This document shows, piece after piece, positions 20,398 to 35,300 of a stretch of DNA of 64,000 nt. The stretch covers positions 124,001 to 188,000 of the forward strand of contig CT868025.1 in the NCBI GenBank assembly GCA_000165425.1, in the 5' to 3' direction. The first letter of the stretch is position 1. The number at the start of each line of letters is the position of its first letter. The notes beneath the pieces were generated by a model. It did not search any database, was not told where the DNA came from, and saw only the letters and a program-made list of their open reading frames with translations. The stretch is from Paramecium tetraurelia (taxonomy: Eukaryota). A program made the translations under genes and the position numbers.

Positions 20398-21706
20398 ATG
20401 AAATAACACCACAAACAAAGGGTAAACATTATAAAAATTTCTAGGGATATCCAATCGATGAGCCTGTTTTATAAGCAGTAATGAGTGTGGCTTAATTATA
20501 AAACCTATATCCAAAAATGGCTGATTTCAATAAAGCAATAAATCTCAATTCAATTTCAAAAAAAGCAATATTTTTGATATTGAGAAGTGCAAGCTTAGAT
20601 AATATTCATAAAGGCATGAAATACGGAGTGTGGACTAGGTAACATATTCAATAATCTCATAGTACTCCAAAATCGAATGCAAGGATTGATGAGTTATTTA
20701 AGGAATCAGAGGATGTTTATTTAATATATTCGGTTGTAGGCACAAAAGCCTTTTAAGCATGCGCGAAATTGCTTGGCCCTTTTGACCCAACAGCTTCATT
20801 TCTTTATTGGGATGAACCATTGAGATGGTTTGGCTCATTTTAAATTAAATGCGTATTTCGAAAATCATAATTTAGTTATTCTTGAATGAGTTGAAGTAGA
20901 AAACACTCGATGAAAAATAACCAGCCCATCTAGGTTCAATAGTTTTAACAGAGCAAACCGATTGCACTGAGATTACAAATGGATTGGGGATATTTGTACT
21001 TTAATGTTTCAAAGATTAACAAGAGGATGAAACCAACGTTAATGTCTTGCTCCAGCAATTTTAAAACATGGACAGGAGAGAGGTAACCTTTATTATCTAA
21101 GCTAGGAATAAATAAAATAACAAAGAGATCTTGATTAAAATTTCTTAACCCAACAATCTCATGAGTAATAATTATTTGAAAAATCTCCTTTTGAATATAA
21201 AAACTATCACAAGAGATAAAACCAACAGAGATGGTAATCTAAATAGGCCGATCAAATGATGTACATGCGAGGTATTTAAACATCATAATCTTTTCTTAGC
21301 CTATTATTCTGCTAATCAACAATATGCAGGTTCACAGTATTAAGGTTAAAACCAATAGATGTATAAGTAATATATATTTTTATATTAAAGAAATGACAAC
21401 AAACAATAGTACAACAATTATGATTATCAATACTATTATCCCTAATAACAACAATAGTATTAATAAAATAATAACTAATTCAAATATGGATATGACTAAT
21501 AGCAATATAATCAAAATCCTAATTATTAAAGATAACCATAAAAATATTAAAAGAAATATTATAATAACTATCAACAAAATAATTATCATTAAAATAATTA
21601 CTAATAAAATAATTATCAGTAAAATAATAATTATTAAGGCAACAACCAAAAATATTAAAAACATAATGATGAATAGACTGTAAATAACTAAGACCAATAG
21701 TTTTGA
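20398..21706 (+). CDS. YTH-domain (m6A reader) protein with a C-terminal Q/N/Y-rich low-complexity region
   Basis: Spliced translation AIFLILRSASLDNIHKGMKYGVWTST...VYLIYSV...FQACAKL...YWDEPLRWFGSFQIK. Tail such as QQNNYHQNNYQQNNYQQNNNYQG. TGA at 21704-21706. Confidence 0.9.
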
Positions 21707-21899
21707 GTTATGAATATTATTTCATAAAAATAAATGTGCATTTATTTATATTCATTAAGTAAAAACAGTAAAAGATAATTTAATGGTTTATTTAATTAAG
21801 TTGATTAATTCTAAGAAAACTATTAAAATAATTAAATTATTATATGCTTCAGGCAATATAAAAATTATATAATTAAATTTAATGATTCTATGTAAATAT

Positions 21900-23389
21900 T
21901 CACTTTTTTTTCTTTAAGCTTTCCACGGCCATATCTCTCAAAGCTTTTTGAGTCAATAATTTATTGTATTGTTGTTACTATGATTCTTATTTCAGCAACT
22001 CATCATCATTAAATTATTTATTGGATCCTTTAAATTCTTTGAGGGGGATTTCATCTAAAAGTAGGGTACTTTGAGCAATGCTTTAGTTTTATGCAATCTT
22101 TTCTCTAAAATTCATAAAATTGATTACTTAGCAACAGCAAGATCGATAAATCTTTCAAGATCCTATAAATACTTCTCTAAAGAACTTTCGTTAAGATTAA
22201 ATGACAATTTATAATCTAAATGTGCAGTTGGATCAGATGCCTTAAAGAGATAGCACTATAAATTACCAATTATGTTTAAGATAATTCGATTAAAGCATCC
22301 TTTAAAGTAGGAGCAATTTCTTCCATTTGTTTTCTGAGAGTATTGATTTCTTCCTGTCTCTTTTTGATGATTAAATCATTTTTTTTTCTGTGTCTCTCTG
22401 CCTAGGGAGTTGCCATGAGCAATCTCTTTTTGCTTTCATTTTCAACTCTTTGAGAATCTATTTTTTTTTTTAAATCTTGATTTTAATCTTATAATTGATC
22501 AATTTATTAAGATAGGATGTCCACATAATTATATAGTGAATAGTTCTACTCTTCGCTCTTAATAAATGTGTTCATAATTTCTTCAATATCTTAGATACCT
22601 GAGGCTTCTTTGATTTGATTGAAAGCATCCTCAATAACTTTCATGTTCTTCCAATAAGTATCGATTAATTTAACTTTTTCCTTATTATTAGATATCAATT
22701 TTTTTAATCTTAGTTTTAAAGTAGAAGCCGTATCAATATTTGCAGCCTTCTCTTTCTTTAATCCTAAATTATCTAAGTCATGCTTTTTTTTCTCTTCCAT
22801 AACTTCTTTTTTCAATCTGTCAAACTACTCCACATATTTCTCTTTTTCATAATCATTTTTTTTCTTCATTTCAGCAATAGTTTCCTTCTTTTTTTGAGCT
22901 TATATTTCATTTGAATTACGATATGCCTCATTTGCTTCAGTTTCATCATCTATTTTCAATAATTCTTCCTCTAGGTCTTAATGAATATTTATGTATTGAT
23001 GTCTTTCCTTTCTCAACATATTGATCTACTTTTTCAACTCTAAATTATTGGTTTACGATTCGTTGTATTTAAGTATTGATTATTCTAAAGCATTTTATAA
23101 ATTTTTTATTTTATTTAATTATTGCTTAGCAGCTGGCAATGTTTAATCATGTTAGATCTAGGATAATTTAGAATGATGATACTTTTTTAATTTGTTCTTT
23201 CTTTTGTTACCATTCTTTTTTGGTTGTCACCCAAGTTTCTTCAATATTATAATGATGTTTTTTGTCTTGCTCTACCTTTCTTATGTAATTTTCGCTTTCC
23301 CTCTATAGTGAAAGCACTTGTGACTCGTGGAGAATGCTTTGAGTCTAAGAAATGTTAGAATTAGGAGCTGAATTATATCCAAAAAACAT
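21900..23389 (-). CDS. Coiled-coil protein resembling outer dynein arm docking complex subunit DC2 (ODA1/CCDC114/CCDC63 family)
   Basis: Extended heptad pattern with KYNESQTNNLELKKQINMLRKER and IEDAFNQIKEASGI, which resemble conserved DC2-family segments. Confidence 0.65.
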
Positions 23390-23443
23390 TTAATAAATAA
23401 ATAAACTATATTAATTTTATATACTTACTAAAGTACTTCAATT

Positions 23444-24171
23444 ATGTACACATAAATATTCATAACCTTATAGGAGCGATTTATCAATAGAATATTAGAA
23501 AGCAATGACTTAAGGAAGAGTGCTTGATTGTCATCTACAACATCCAGGATTGGGATGCATTTCTTTCGCCTTATTGAAGTATCAAAATAACAAGAGTATA
23601 GATTCTTATTGACTGGAAAGCGATTCTCTATATTTTTCATTCCAATGCACTTTATCCCAATATTGATTTTCAAGAGAAAAGAACTTAGATCCCAGTAAGA
23701 ATTAATTTTAAATAGTCCTTTGACAACAATTAAAAAAGCTTCTTTAAACTGCTTAAAGTCTCTACTTTTCCTCTCCTCGATGGTTGGCATCATAAGATTA
23801 ACTATTTGCACTTTAAAAAGATTTTAGAGACCATTAGGAGGTATGTAGATTTAATTAAACGTACTAATAGGAATCGATGGATTAATAATAGGTTCATTTA
23901 GTGGAACCTCAATTATTTTGGAATCTGATGGAAGAGGGTTTGAAATGACTCTTCAACTGTTCCCTCGTTTTTGTGAGGCTGTTTATAATCATTTTCATAA
24001 GAAATTCCCAAAATTGAAGATGAAAAACTTTGAATTGATATTGTTTAGTCTTTTGATTGGACTCCTTCACTATTGCTATTAACATAATGTAATTTATTGA
24101 TAAAATGTTAGAGTTTAGTTATAAAATCTACATATTTAGCATTGTTCAAATAATTTTGGGGAAAGAATTGA
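23444..24171 (+). CDS. TMEM135-like membrane protein (single-half form, ~210 aa)
   Basis: After removing four short introns: DCHLQHPGLGC...FIPMHFIP...CLKSLLFLSS...ESDGRGFEMTLQLFPR. Alternative start at ATG 23505. TGA at 24169-24171. Confidence 0.7.
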
Positions 24172-24201
24172 TAATTATATATTTGATATTTTTATTACTA
24201 A

Positions 24202-26149
<1,948 letters not shown>

Positions 26150-26815
26150 AAAATATTAATTAATATTTTCAAAAATTCATTCTCACAAAACCATATTCAC
26201 ATGTTTATTTCCCATCCTATTAACTTTGGCTACCTTAATTATTCCTCCTATTTTAATCTGCATTTTTATACTACATTCAAGGTATATAAATTCTTTTTTA
26301 ACCCTCATAATATGTTATGCTTTTTATTTCAAAGATGAAACCTCTTTTATGATATCTTCTCAGCTAAATAATAGGATTTATTAAATCTAATAATCCATTT
26401 CAAAATATTAACACATTTAATTAAAGATATTAAATAGTTTCAGTCAAAGAGTATTGTTGATTCAAAATTAAGGAGAGACTATGATTAATCTTTCCTTATA
26501 AAGAACCACTCGCCATCCTCTTTCTCATCAAGAAAAATGTAAAAAAAAATTTGCTTTTATAGTTATTCAGACGTAGCAATAAGAATTCATTGTAATCAAT
26601 ATTCTAGAATGACATTTTTACTAACCGCAATTAATAAGATAACTAAAATTAAAGATCTACTTTGCTTATTACAGTATGAATTTAATAATTAAATATTATC
26701 ATTTCTTAACCATTTTTAGAAATTATTGTTTCTATATGCATTACTTATATTGAAATTATTCATTAGAAAATAAAAATAATAGAATCAAAATAATTAAAAA
26801 AATTTATAAGAAATG

Positions 26816-26823
26816 AAAAAAAA
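26816..26823 (-). terminator. Pol III oligo(T) terminator of the tRNA gene
   Basis: Run of 8 T on the minus strand starting at the tRNA discriminator base. Confidence 0.7.
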
Positions 26824-26894
26824 GGACCTACTTGGATTCGAACCAAGGTCTTGAGGGTTAAAGCCTCAGGTACTAACCACTATACGATAGATCC
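26823..26894 (-). tRNA. tRNA with UUA anticodon, reading UAA (and UAG by wobble); inferred tRNA-Gln
   Basis: Sequence GGATCTATCGTATAGTGGTTAGTACCTGAGGCTTTAACCCTCAAGACCTTGGTTCGAATCCAAGTAGGTCCT. Acceptor GGATCTA/TAGGTCC, D stem GTAT/GTAC, anticodon stem TGAGG/CCTCA with loop CT-TTA-AC, T arm CTTGG-TTCGAAT-CCAAG, discriminator U. Confidence 0.95.
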
Positions 26895-27855
26895 TATAGT
26901 TATTCATAAAGTACATGATTACTATATTAATCTCTTGATACTTAGTAAAGTTATTTTATCCATAAGAATTAATCTGAACTGATAATTAACAACTTTGAAA
27001 TTAAAAAAAATCTAATTTTTGATTATATTAACTTGATAAATTTTAAGATTCATAAGCTTTCAAATTTTAAAGTCCAATCTCCTCTTTCATCACTCTACAA
27101 GTAGTATAGATTGTTTCTTGGATATTATTTCAATACCATTCTCCATTAAATGTTTAATTTATTTCATCATATTTTCCATAATAAGTTAATACATTATCTC
27201 CCTAAAGAGTATAATCGTCGTAGATTTTTCTTGAAAATGTTTCAACCTGATTATTTTAGTTAATAGATATTGCACCCCTCTAAATCCAAGTTCCATATGA
27301 ATCAGAACCAATTCAAATAGAAACACAATATTTTAGAGTTTACTGTCACTGTTACTTTATTCACTTCTTTAGACACCCATTTATCTTAAAATAAGTATGA
27401 TAATTCAATCTTTTTCTCCTGCAATTTTTAGGCTAAAGCATTCAATTTTTAATTTATTCCATCATCATTTGGATTTTCTTAATCCATAAGTTATTTTAAA
27501 AAAAATTTTTGTATTTAATTTCTACAACTTTTAATGGCCAATTTAATAACCATAAAATGTAAACAAAAATAAGATATTATGATTAAGTGTAATTATGAAA
27601 CCAATAATGAAATCTATCAATCATTCATATAGTTGTGTTTGGTATATAAAATAAATATCATTGATTTTATAATCGAATCAAATAATTATTAGAATGAAAT
27701 TACTTTAGATGCCTATTATATAATTCAAATATGAAATTTTTTAACTCTTGAATTTTCTACTCAAGATAATACAAAAAATAAAAGCTTGCTTTTATTAAAC
27801 TCTTAAGATGATAATTTCAATTAATACTTATTAAAACTTTTAAAACCCCTCTATT

Positions 27856-30199
27856 ATGTCAAAGAAAAAACCTCATGAAATAAATTATTATTATTTATAT
27901 TATTTCTCATAAATGTATTAACAGAACAAAAAATCAAGTCAGAGAAATAATCAAATAAGTCGAGCTAACTCAAAATTCCCTTTGAATGAGAAATCAACTT
28001 CTCCTTCTATGCAATCAAGACAACAAATAACTCCTAAGAGAAAACAATAATTTTCCTAACCAAAATTTGATACAACAAATAATTATCTTCAATAGCCTGT
28101 AACTAGGGAACACATGCTAAAATTCTTAGAATAAATCGCTGTTGCAGTAGAAAATGTTTAATGTATTTTGTCTCAACCCGAAAGTGTCCAAGATAAATTG
28201 CCAGATAATATAGCATAATAAAAACACAAATTCAAAATTGCCCAAGAATAATAAACAGATCATTCTTTTATTTAGTAATAAAAACAAAATAAATTTCAAT
28301 TTGCAAATAAAAAAACCTAAACACCCAAGAGAACTCAATCATATTACTAAGATAGCGAATTAAAAGGATTTAAAGCAACTAAATTAAAAACTGAATTCTC
28401 AGAGGAAAGTGATACCACAGAAAAACAATCATTTAAATTACCCAATATATAGCAATAATCTTCTACAGTAAAATAAAAGATCAGTAAAATATTACCAGAT
28501 GGGACGAAAAACAGAATTTAATCATAAGTTATTTAGTACTAGAATTTTAAAAATCAAAGAGATAACCACAAAATATAGTCTTAACATATCAAGGGATACA
28601 ATTAAGAATCCTATTCAGATGTATCTAATAAACCTAATGAATCTTCATAGTAAATTCGAATCAAGACAGACTAATCTGAGAGCCGATAGAGTGTCATCAC
28701 TCCTAAACAATCTAAGATAAACCAAGATGGTGAAACTCAAAAAAAATAAAATAACATTCTAAAGAAATAATAGTCTTAGATTCACTAAACAAAAAAAGTG
28801 AAGGATGATCCTTAAAATATGTAATAGGAACAATAGAGTTAATCGATTCTAAGCAAAACATCAAATGAACTAGTCAATTAAGATAAAAAGCAAGATTATA
28901 TTGTTGATCCTCAAACATCATAAGTTAAAAACACGAATAGTTAACCTGTTTCAATTTAGAAAGAAGATTCTTAAAATATAGAAATCAAACAAAAAACTAA
29001 GAAAAGACCTATACATATAAAATAAACAAATTAAGTTAATAATGATGCACTTTAAATTGATAATTAGGAATTATCTATCAATTCCAAATAAAATGACAAT
29101 TCCTTATCAAAATCTGATAAATTAAATGGAACTTCAAATTTTGAGGAACAGATTCCTTCTAATTAATAAAGATATTCATAAAATAATGAAGAACAAATCC
29201 AGAATAATAAAGATGATGAGAATATGAATTAGAATAAACTCTAAGATGCTTAAGCAGAGATGGATTAAAATAAAATATAAGATGGTTAAATAACTGAATA
29301 GTAGAATTCGAAAATAAATTCTAACACCCAATCTCAAAATCAAAATAAAACTCTTGAGAATAAAGAATTTTATTATGAACCTGAAGAAGAAACAAAAGTA
29401 ATTTCAAAGCTTTAGCCTAATACTAATTTATAAGATTAATAACAATTGATGAACAAAACTAGTTCTACTGTGAAAAGCATTTTAGTACAGAAAAAAGAAG
29501 AAATTGTAGAATAAGGAATATTGGATTAAAAAATTCTAAATTAAAATGATACACAATAATTACTGTAAATTGAAAATACTAAGAATCAATTAAGTAAAAT
29601 GAGCTCAATTAATGAAGCTCACGATTAAGATTAAAAATCTGATAAAAGGAATAAATAAATTACAATGAGAAATGATTTAGTTAAAAGTCTTTCATTAGAG
29701 AATTAATAAGGAGAACTTGGTGACAAACCAAAAAGTCTACAATAGAGTTAAATCTATGCTAATAATGAGTAAAATAATATCCATATATTTAAGCTTAAAT
29801 AAATAATAAGGACTAAATCTTACTGATTAAATCAAAGAAAATGAAAGTAAAAAGATACAAAAAATAAGTCAGATAAATTAAATAAAAGGAAATCAAAATG
29901 TGGAGTAAAATCATTAAGTTGATTTAAAACAGTCAGAAAACAATGTAAATGAGGACTAATAAAAAGGACTTGTGCATGAATATAATAATAAGATAAATAT
30001 ACCCTAGGATCAATTAAAAGAAATTAAATCATCTGAAAATATGGTGGTTTAAGTTCAGGAAAATAATCATGATCAATTACAAAAGGATTAAAGTTAAAAT
30101 AATTCCTAAGGATTAAGTAATAGGTCTATGATTTAATCAAATAAAATTAACTATCCTAAAGAAGCACAAGAGACGGATCCGAATTTAAAAATAATATGA
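27856..30199 (+). CDS. Hypothetical Q/N/K/E-rich low-complexity protein (~770 aa)
   Basis: About 1.9 kb TGA-free frame from ATG 27856. A 25-nt GT..AG intron (29769-29793) moves it into a second frame ending in TGA at 30197-30199. Confidence 0.65.
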
Positions 30200-30499
30200 A
30201 ATTAACTTTGTCATTAAATTATTCTATATTTATATTAGTTTGAAATTTTTTAAATTTAACTCATATTACATTAGGACAGGATTACAACCGAAGTTTTCTA
30301 TTGTAAATTTATACAATTTAACTGATACTGCGACTATGTTTTAATCGTATTGAAATATTATTTTATATGCGAAATGTCACACTTGTCAATTTTGAAATTT
30401 CCATTAAATTACCAAAAATAATAATAATAAGGATTCATTGAATTATTCATATATCGATACAGAAAATATATGAAATGTTATTTAATATTATTATAGAAA

Positions 30500-31117
30500 T
30501 CATTCTGTTTAATAGGTTGTTGAAGAATTGAAGATGAACTTTTGAGATTGTATTGTTTTCAGAGGAGATTAAGCATCTCCTTTTATTTTTTATGGCATTG
30601 ATTAAAATTTCAATCTATCCATAAATAATTAAACAGTATGCTCGCTTTGAATAGATCTCTAACTAATAATTTATTTAGGGACTTCAATCTAATTCTGTAT
30701 TTTTTCAATTAATAATTCTCTACGAGATTATCCTCCTTTGGCATTTAAAATAATATCAGCTATATTTAGTTTAGTCTTTAGATTGGTATCATGGAGTTTT
30801 AGGTCATTTTTTTACCATTTCAATCCTAAATAAAGAATGTTGTAATTACGATTTGGTTTTAAGAACTTTGACATGCCTCTCTATGTCAAGTAACCTGATT
30901 CTATGATCTACTTTTTTTTGAGATACTCCCTCTCTTCAGTTTGGATATACTTCTTCATATCACATCTTTTGAAGGTGAGAAAAGGAACATGGACAAATTA
31001 AGCAAGGGACCTTCCAGTAACAGGTGTATTTGTTGATTGTGGACTTCCTAACACATTAGATGTGCTAGCTGATTTAACATGAAATTTAAATGATTTTTTC
31101 TTAGAACCTATATCCAT
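30500..31117 (-). CDS. Hypothetical protein (205 aa)
   Basis: ATG 31117 to TGA 30500 with no in-frame TGA; no recognised domain. Confidence 0.6.
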
Positions 31118-31157
31118 CTTATTGAAATAATTATTATATTATAATTAGATTCCTCTA

Positions 31158-31771
31158 ATGAAATCTAATAAATTTAGTTAGAGTCGTTTGAAAGAGGAAA
31201 AATAGAGATGTAAAATGCTATAATCATCACTCTAGCTCGAAGTTTAAATGCATCACACTATTTTGTTTTCTCCGAAGTTCCAAGACATAGAGTTTCTCAA
31301 GCCTCTATTGTAAAAACAGAAGGCAAGGAAATTAAAAGAAGATTACTTTTTTAGCATAAAACAGTGCTTATTGATAATTTGGTTAAAAACACTAATAATT
31401 AGCAGAAAAAAAATAAAAACTTCAAGGAAAAAATGTATGAGATGGATTATTCTCGACAAAGAAGATTGAGCTGCTCTTGTAACGAGTGTGGCAATAGATC
31501 AGCTAAGATGAACAAATTCCATAATGTATGTGAGAATTATGAACAACCTTCCAAAGAATTCTGGTCAAGTTTAATTATATAATAGCAATAATAATCATAA
31601 GTTACTATTTCAACAAAATCCTTAAAATCCACTGCGACCCTTCTCTCAATCCCTGACATTAGTCTCAAAAAGCAACAATCGAAAATATAGAGTCCAATGT
31701 CTAAGAGATATAAACGAGATCAAAAACTAATCTCTCCTCCTCCACTTAATTTGAGACCATATCTTTAATGA
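31158..31771 (+). CDS. Hypothetical basic protein with an RRxSCxCxECG motif; 3' end uncertain near the assembly gap
   Basis: ATG 31158, a 26-nt intron at ~31210-31235, then an open frame containing RRLSCSCNECG to TGA at 31769-31771. Coding-like sequence also continues to ~32113 beyond the gap. Confidence 0.5.
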
Positions 31772-31852
31772 AACCCCATAAGAAAAAGAAAACGAATCTC
31801 TAAACTGAATAAACATAATTAATACTTAAGCAAATATATATGAAATTCTCGG

Positions 31853-32002
31853 NNNNNNNNNNNNNNNNNNNNNNNNNNNNNNNNNNNNNNNNNNNNNNNN
31901 NNNNNNNNNNNNNNNNNNNNNNNNNNNNNNNNNNNNNNNNNNNNNNNNNNNNNNNNNNNNNNNNNNNNNNNNNNNNNNNNNNNNNNNNNNNNNNNNNNNN
32001 NN
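31853..32002. other. Assembly gap (150 N)
   Basis: Run of exactly 150 N. Confidence 0.99.
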
Positions 32003-32350
32003 TGCAAGAAATTTAAATAAAAGGATGCTTCAAATTTGCTACCTGAAACCATTCTCTGGTATCTCAAATCGAAATACAATTTTGAATACATAAAGAAAAT
32101 AACAAAAATATTGAAATTAATATAGTTTGATTATAATGTTTTTATATTGAAATATTTGAATTTTAATTGTAATTTAGTATTCTGCACCATCCATTTTAGA
32201 ATCTGTATGATTTACTATTTCTTCAATTATAAGTCTATTTATAACTAAGCAAATAATAATAAATTGCATATTAAAATAAATTAAATTATATCATTTTAAA
32301 ATGACATACTTAAAATTTTTAAATTAATTTATACAGAAATTTTGTACAAC

Positions 32351-35300
32351 ATGAAGTAAAACCAAAAAAGTTAAGAAACTTAAACAAAAAACTACAAAGC
32401 GAAAATCTAAAATTACCTAAATCAACAAAAAAAAGACTCAAGAATAAAAGATATGACCAACGAAAAGATCCTTACTCAAATATTCTTGGATGCTTTGAGT
32501 TTTAGTGATGATCAATAATATAATTCCACAATTTTTGATGCCATCAAAGAATCTGTTTGGAGTTATCAAGTTAAAAGTAATTGTATCCTTTAAAATAGTA
32601 TAAATTCTTAATAAGATCATAAATAAAAATGATAAAATATTATCCATGGTGTCGTCTATGTTGTTGATATTGGATGGATACTTTAATTTCAACAGTAAGA
32701 AGATCAACTTGATCTATGTAAAAGTTCCATACGTTATGAAATATCAAAGTTTTTTCTTACTTCAATCCAACGATAATTTCAATATCCTATTTGAAGTTGG
32801 ATTACATAAAAAGTACAACGATACCAAACAATAAGTAAATCTATAATATAAATTAGTAGATTTGCTTATTTGATATTGTCCAAAAAATAACTTTTATTGA
32901 CATATTCTTTTATCAAAAAGGTTAAGAAATTACAGATGCAATATAAGAATATTAAATAAATATTTCAAAAGATTTCTATAGAACTGAATTAGACTATGCA
33001 GAATGCATAAGTGTTCCATTGACAGGAATCAATGCCAAGTAGTAGAGCTACTTATTTTAAGTCTAAAACAAAAGTTGGGCTGAATCATCATATTTATAAT
33101 AAAGTTAAAATTTAATTTAATGGATTCCTTTGAAATTTAATTAGCTTAAAGAGAAGAAGGATGATCTTTTATTTAAAAAAGGGCAACTCATAAAGAAATC
33201 TTTTTATGAAAAGTTATCAAATCAATTTCATTATGAAGATATTGGAAATTAAAATAAATATAAGTTAATCTAATTTGTGGATTTTGAATCTGTTGGCCAA
33301 ATATTAGATTTACTTTAAAAATCTTAAGCATTTAAAATTAAATTATCAGATTAAGAGAAATAAATTGTGATTACAAAGAATAATGCTTTAGTTATTGGTA
33401 GAAGTGGAACAGGAAAAACTACAAGCACTGTTTTAAGAATATTTGCTACAGAAATGTTGGTGAAAGTAAGAAGCAAATTTCTTGGTTAAAAAAGAATATA
33501 ATTTTTATAAGATTATTAAAGAAAGGAAGTGGAAATTCATTCATTGTTTTCAACAGCAAATAGGTTTCTAGTTTAGGAAGTAGAAAAATATTACCATAAA
33601 TTAGAAAGATAAGCTTAAGAGGCTATAAATAAACATAGAGATTAAAACACATTTAATTTAGATGAATCATTGTAATTTAATATTCTTAATAAATTAGTGT
33701 CTCAATTAATGAAAGTGTCATCTCAAACTATGAGACTGATCTCTTAGATTTTGTTTTACAAGAGGAATAAATTTAAAATCCCTAGATAAGATAAAATGTC
33801 TAATCACATTAAAATGAAAAATAATCATAAACAATCAAGTTCCCTAGTTTTTTATCATCAGAATAGCTTTTAATTCTTTTAGATAAGAAATCTAATAATC
33901 CATTTTTCTCTATTGAAAAAATCAATAAATTCAGATAAAAGCATAGTAAGAAAATTGGATTCTAAGACTTTAATGGAATAAATCTAGATGAGTGGTTCCC
34001 TTAAGCTAATAATATTTAATCTTAGTATTAATATTCATCTTCAAGTGATATTCAATTGAAATAAGATATAATTGTGCCCGAAGTTGATTTTATGTTGTTT
34101 TATTTATATTTTTGGCCTTAAGTCTGTGGAAGAGGAAGAAATAATTTTGATAACACTGCACTCCCATCACTAATATGGACATAGATATACTCATATATTA
34201 AAGGCTCTTAATATTCATATGCATATCCTAATAGGTGCCTTCCTTTTTAATTGTATAAAGAAAGAGTTGGAAACTATTTGAGTGAAGCTTAGATGGTAGA
34301 AATTTATGATTGCTTTTTAAAATATGAGATTTGGAAAGAAAAGGAATAATATATCGATCAATTAGACTTAATAAATTCATTATTAGTTAATATTGAATAA
34401 AATTAACTAATTAGATTTCCTATTCACCATTCTTACATAGATGAAGTATAAGATTTACCATAAGCTATGATTGAACTATTTTGTAAAATAACAGAATAAG
34501 GGATAATATTTTGTGGTGATTCAGCTTAAAGTATTCTAAAGGGAGTGGGATTTAGATTTTCCGATTTATAAACTATTTTTAAAACTTCAAAGAAGATAGG
34601 GGCTAACCAATTAGAAAAGTTTTAAGTTTTCTAATTAACAAAAAATTTCAGATCTCATAATAATATACTTTAATTGGCGAATTGTATAATTATAATACTT
34701 GAACTTTTATTTCCTAATAGCTTGGATCACTTATAAAAGGAAATCTCAAATCTCAAAGGTCCAAAGCCTCTAATTATTTCATAAGTTGATCCCTCTTTAA
34801 TTTTATATCATTTGAATTAACAATGCGATGCTGAAGAACAATGTGAAATTGAGTTTGGTTATAATTAAGTTATAATAGTAAAAAATGAAGAAGCCAAACA
34901 AACTCTACCATAATAATTTAAAACAGCTAGAGTATTAACCACTTACTAAACGAAAGGATTAGAATTTGATGATGTTATTCTATATAACTGTTTTAGTTCT
35001 GATCCTATTCCAGAATAGCAATGGGCCTTTTTATCTTGCATAGATGTAGAAGAATCATATGTAGACAAGTAAGTGTTTGAACAATCAATCACAAGTATTC
35101 TTATTTATATATAATAGAATTCGATGAGCAAAATAATAAATACGATGTAGAATTAACAGAAGATGGACAGTAGGTTGTGTAAAAAAAACTAAAGCTAAAT
35201 TAAAGATACGATAAAAAGAAAATGAATGATTATTCATCCCTCTGTAATGAATTGAAGATGCTATACGTTTGTGTTACAAGAGCTAAAAAGAGAGTTATTA

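Noticed and set aside
21324..21697. ORF-track I/N/K-rich and I/L-rich 'proteins' on both strands
   Set aside because: They are off-frame or antisense readings of the Q/N/Y tail of the YTH gene.
23428..23811. 127-aa minus-strand ORF
   Set aside because: It is the antisense of the spliced plus-strand TMEM135-like gene, which has the recognisable motifs and intron signals.
26349..26612. Short code-6 ORF near the tRNA
   Set aside because: TGA-free runs of this length arise by chance with a single stop codon; no motif.
27050..27560. Possible minus-strand gene fragment upstream of the tRNA
   Set aside because: TGA codons interrupt the frames I tried and I could not build a supportable model.
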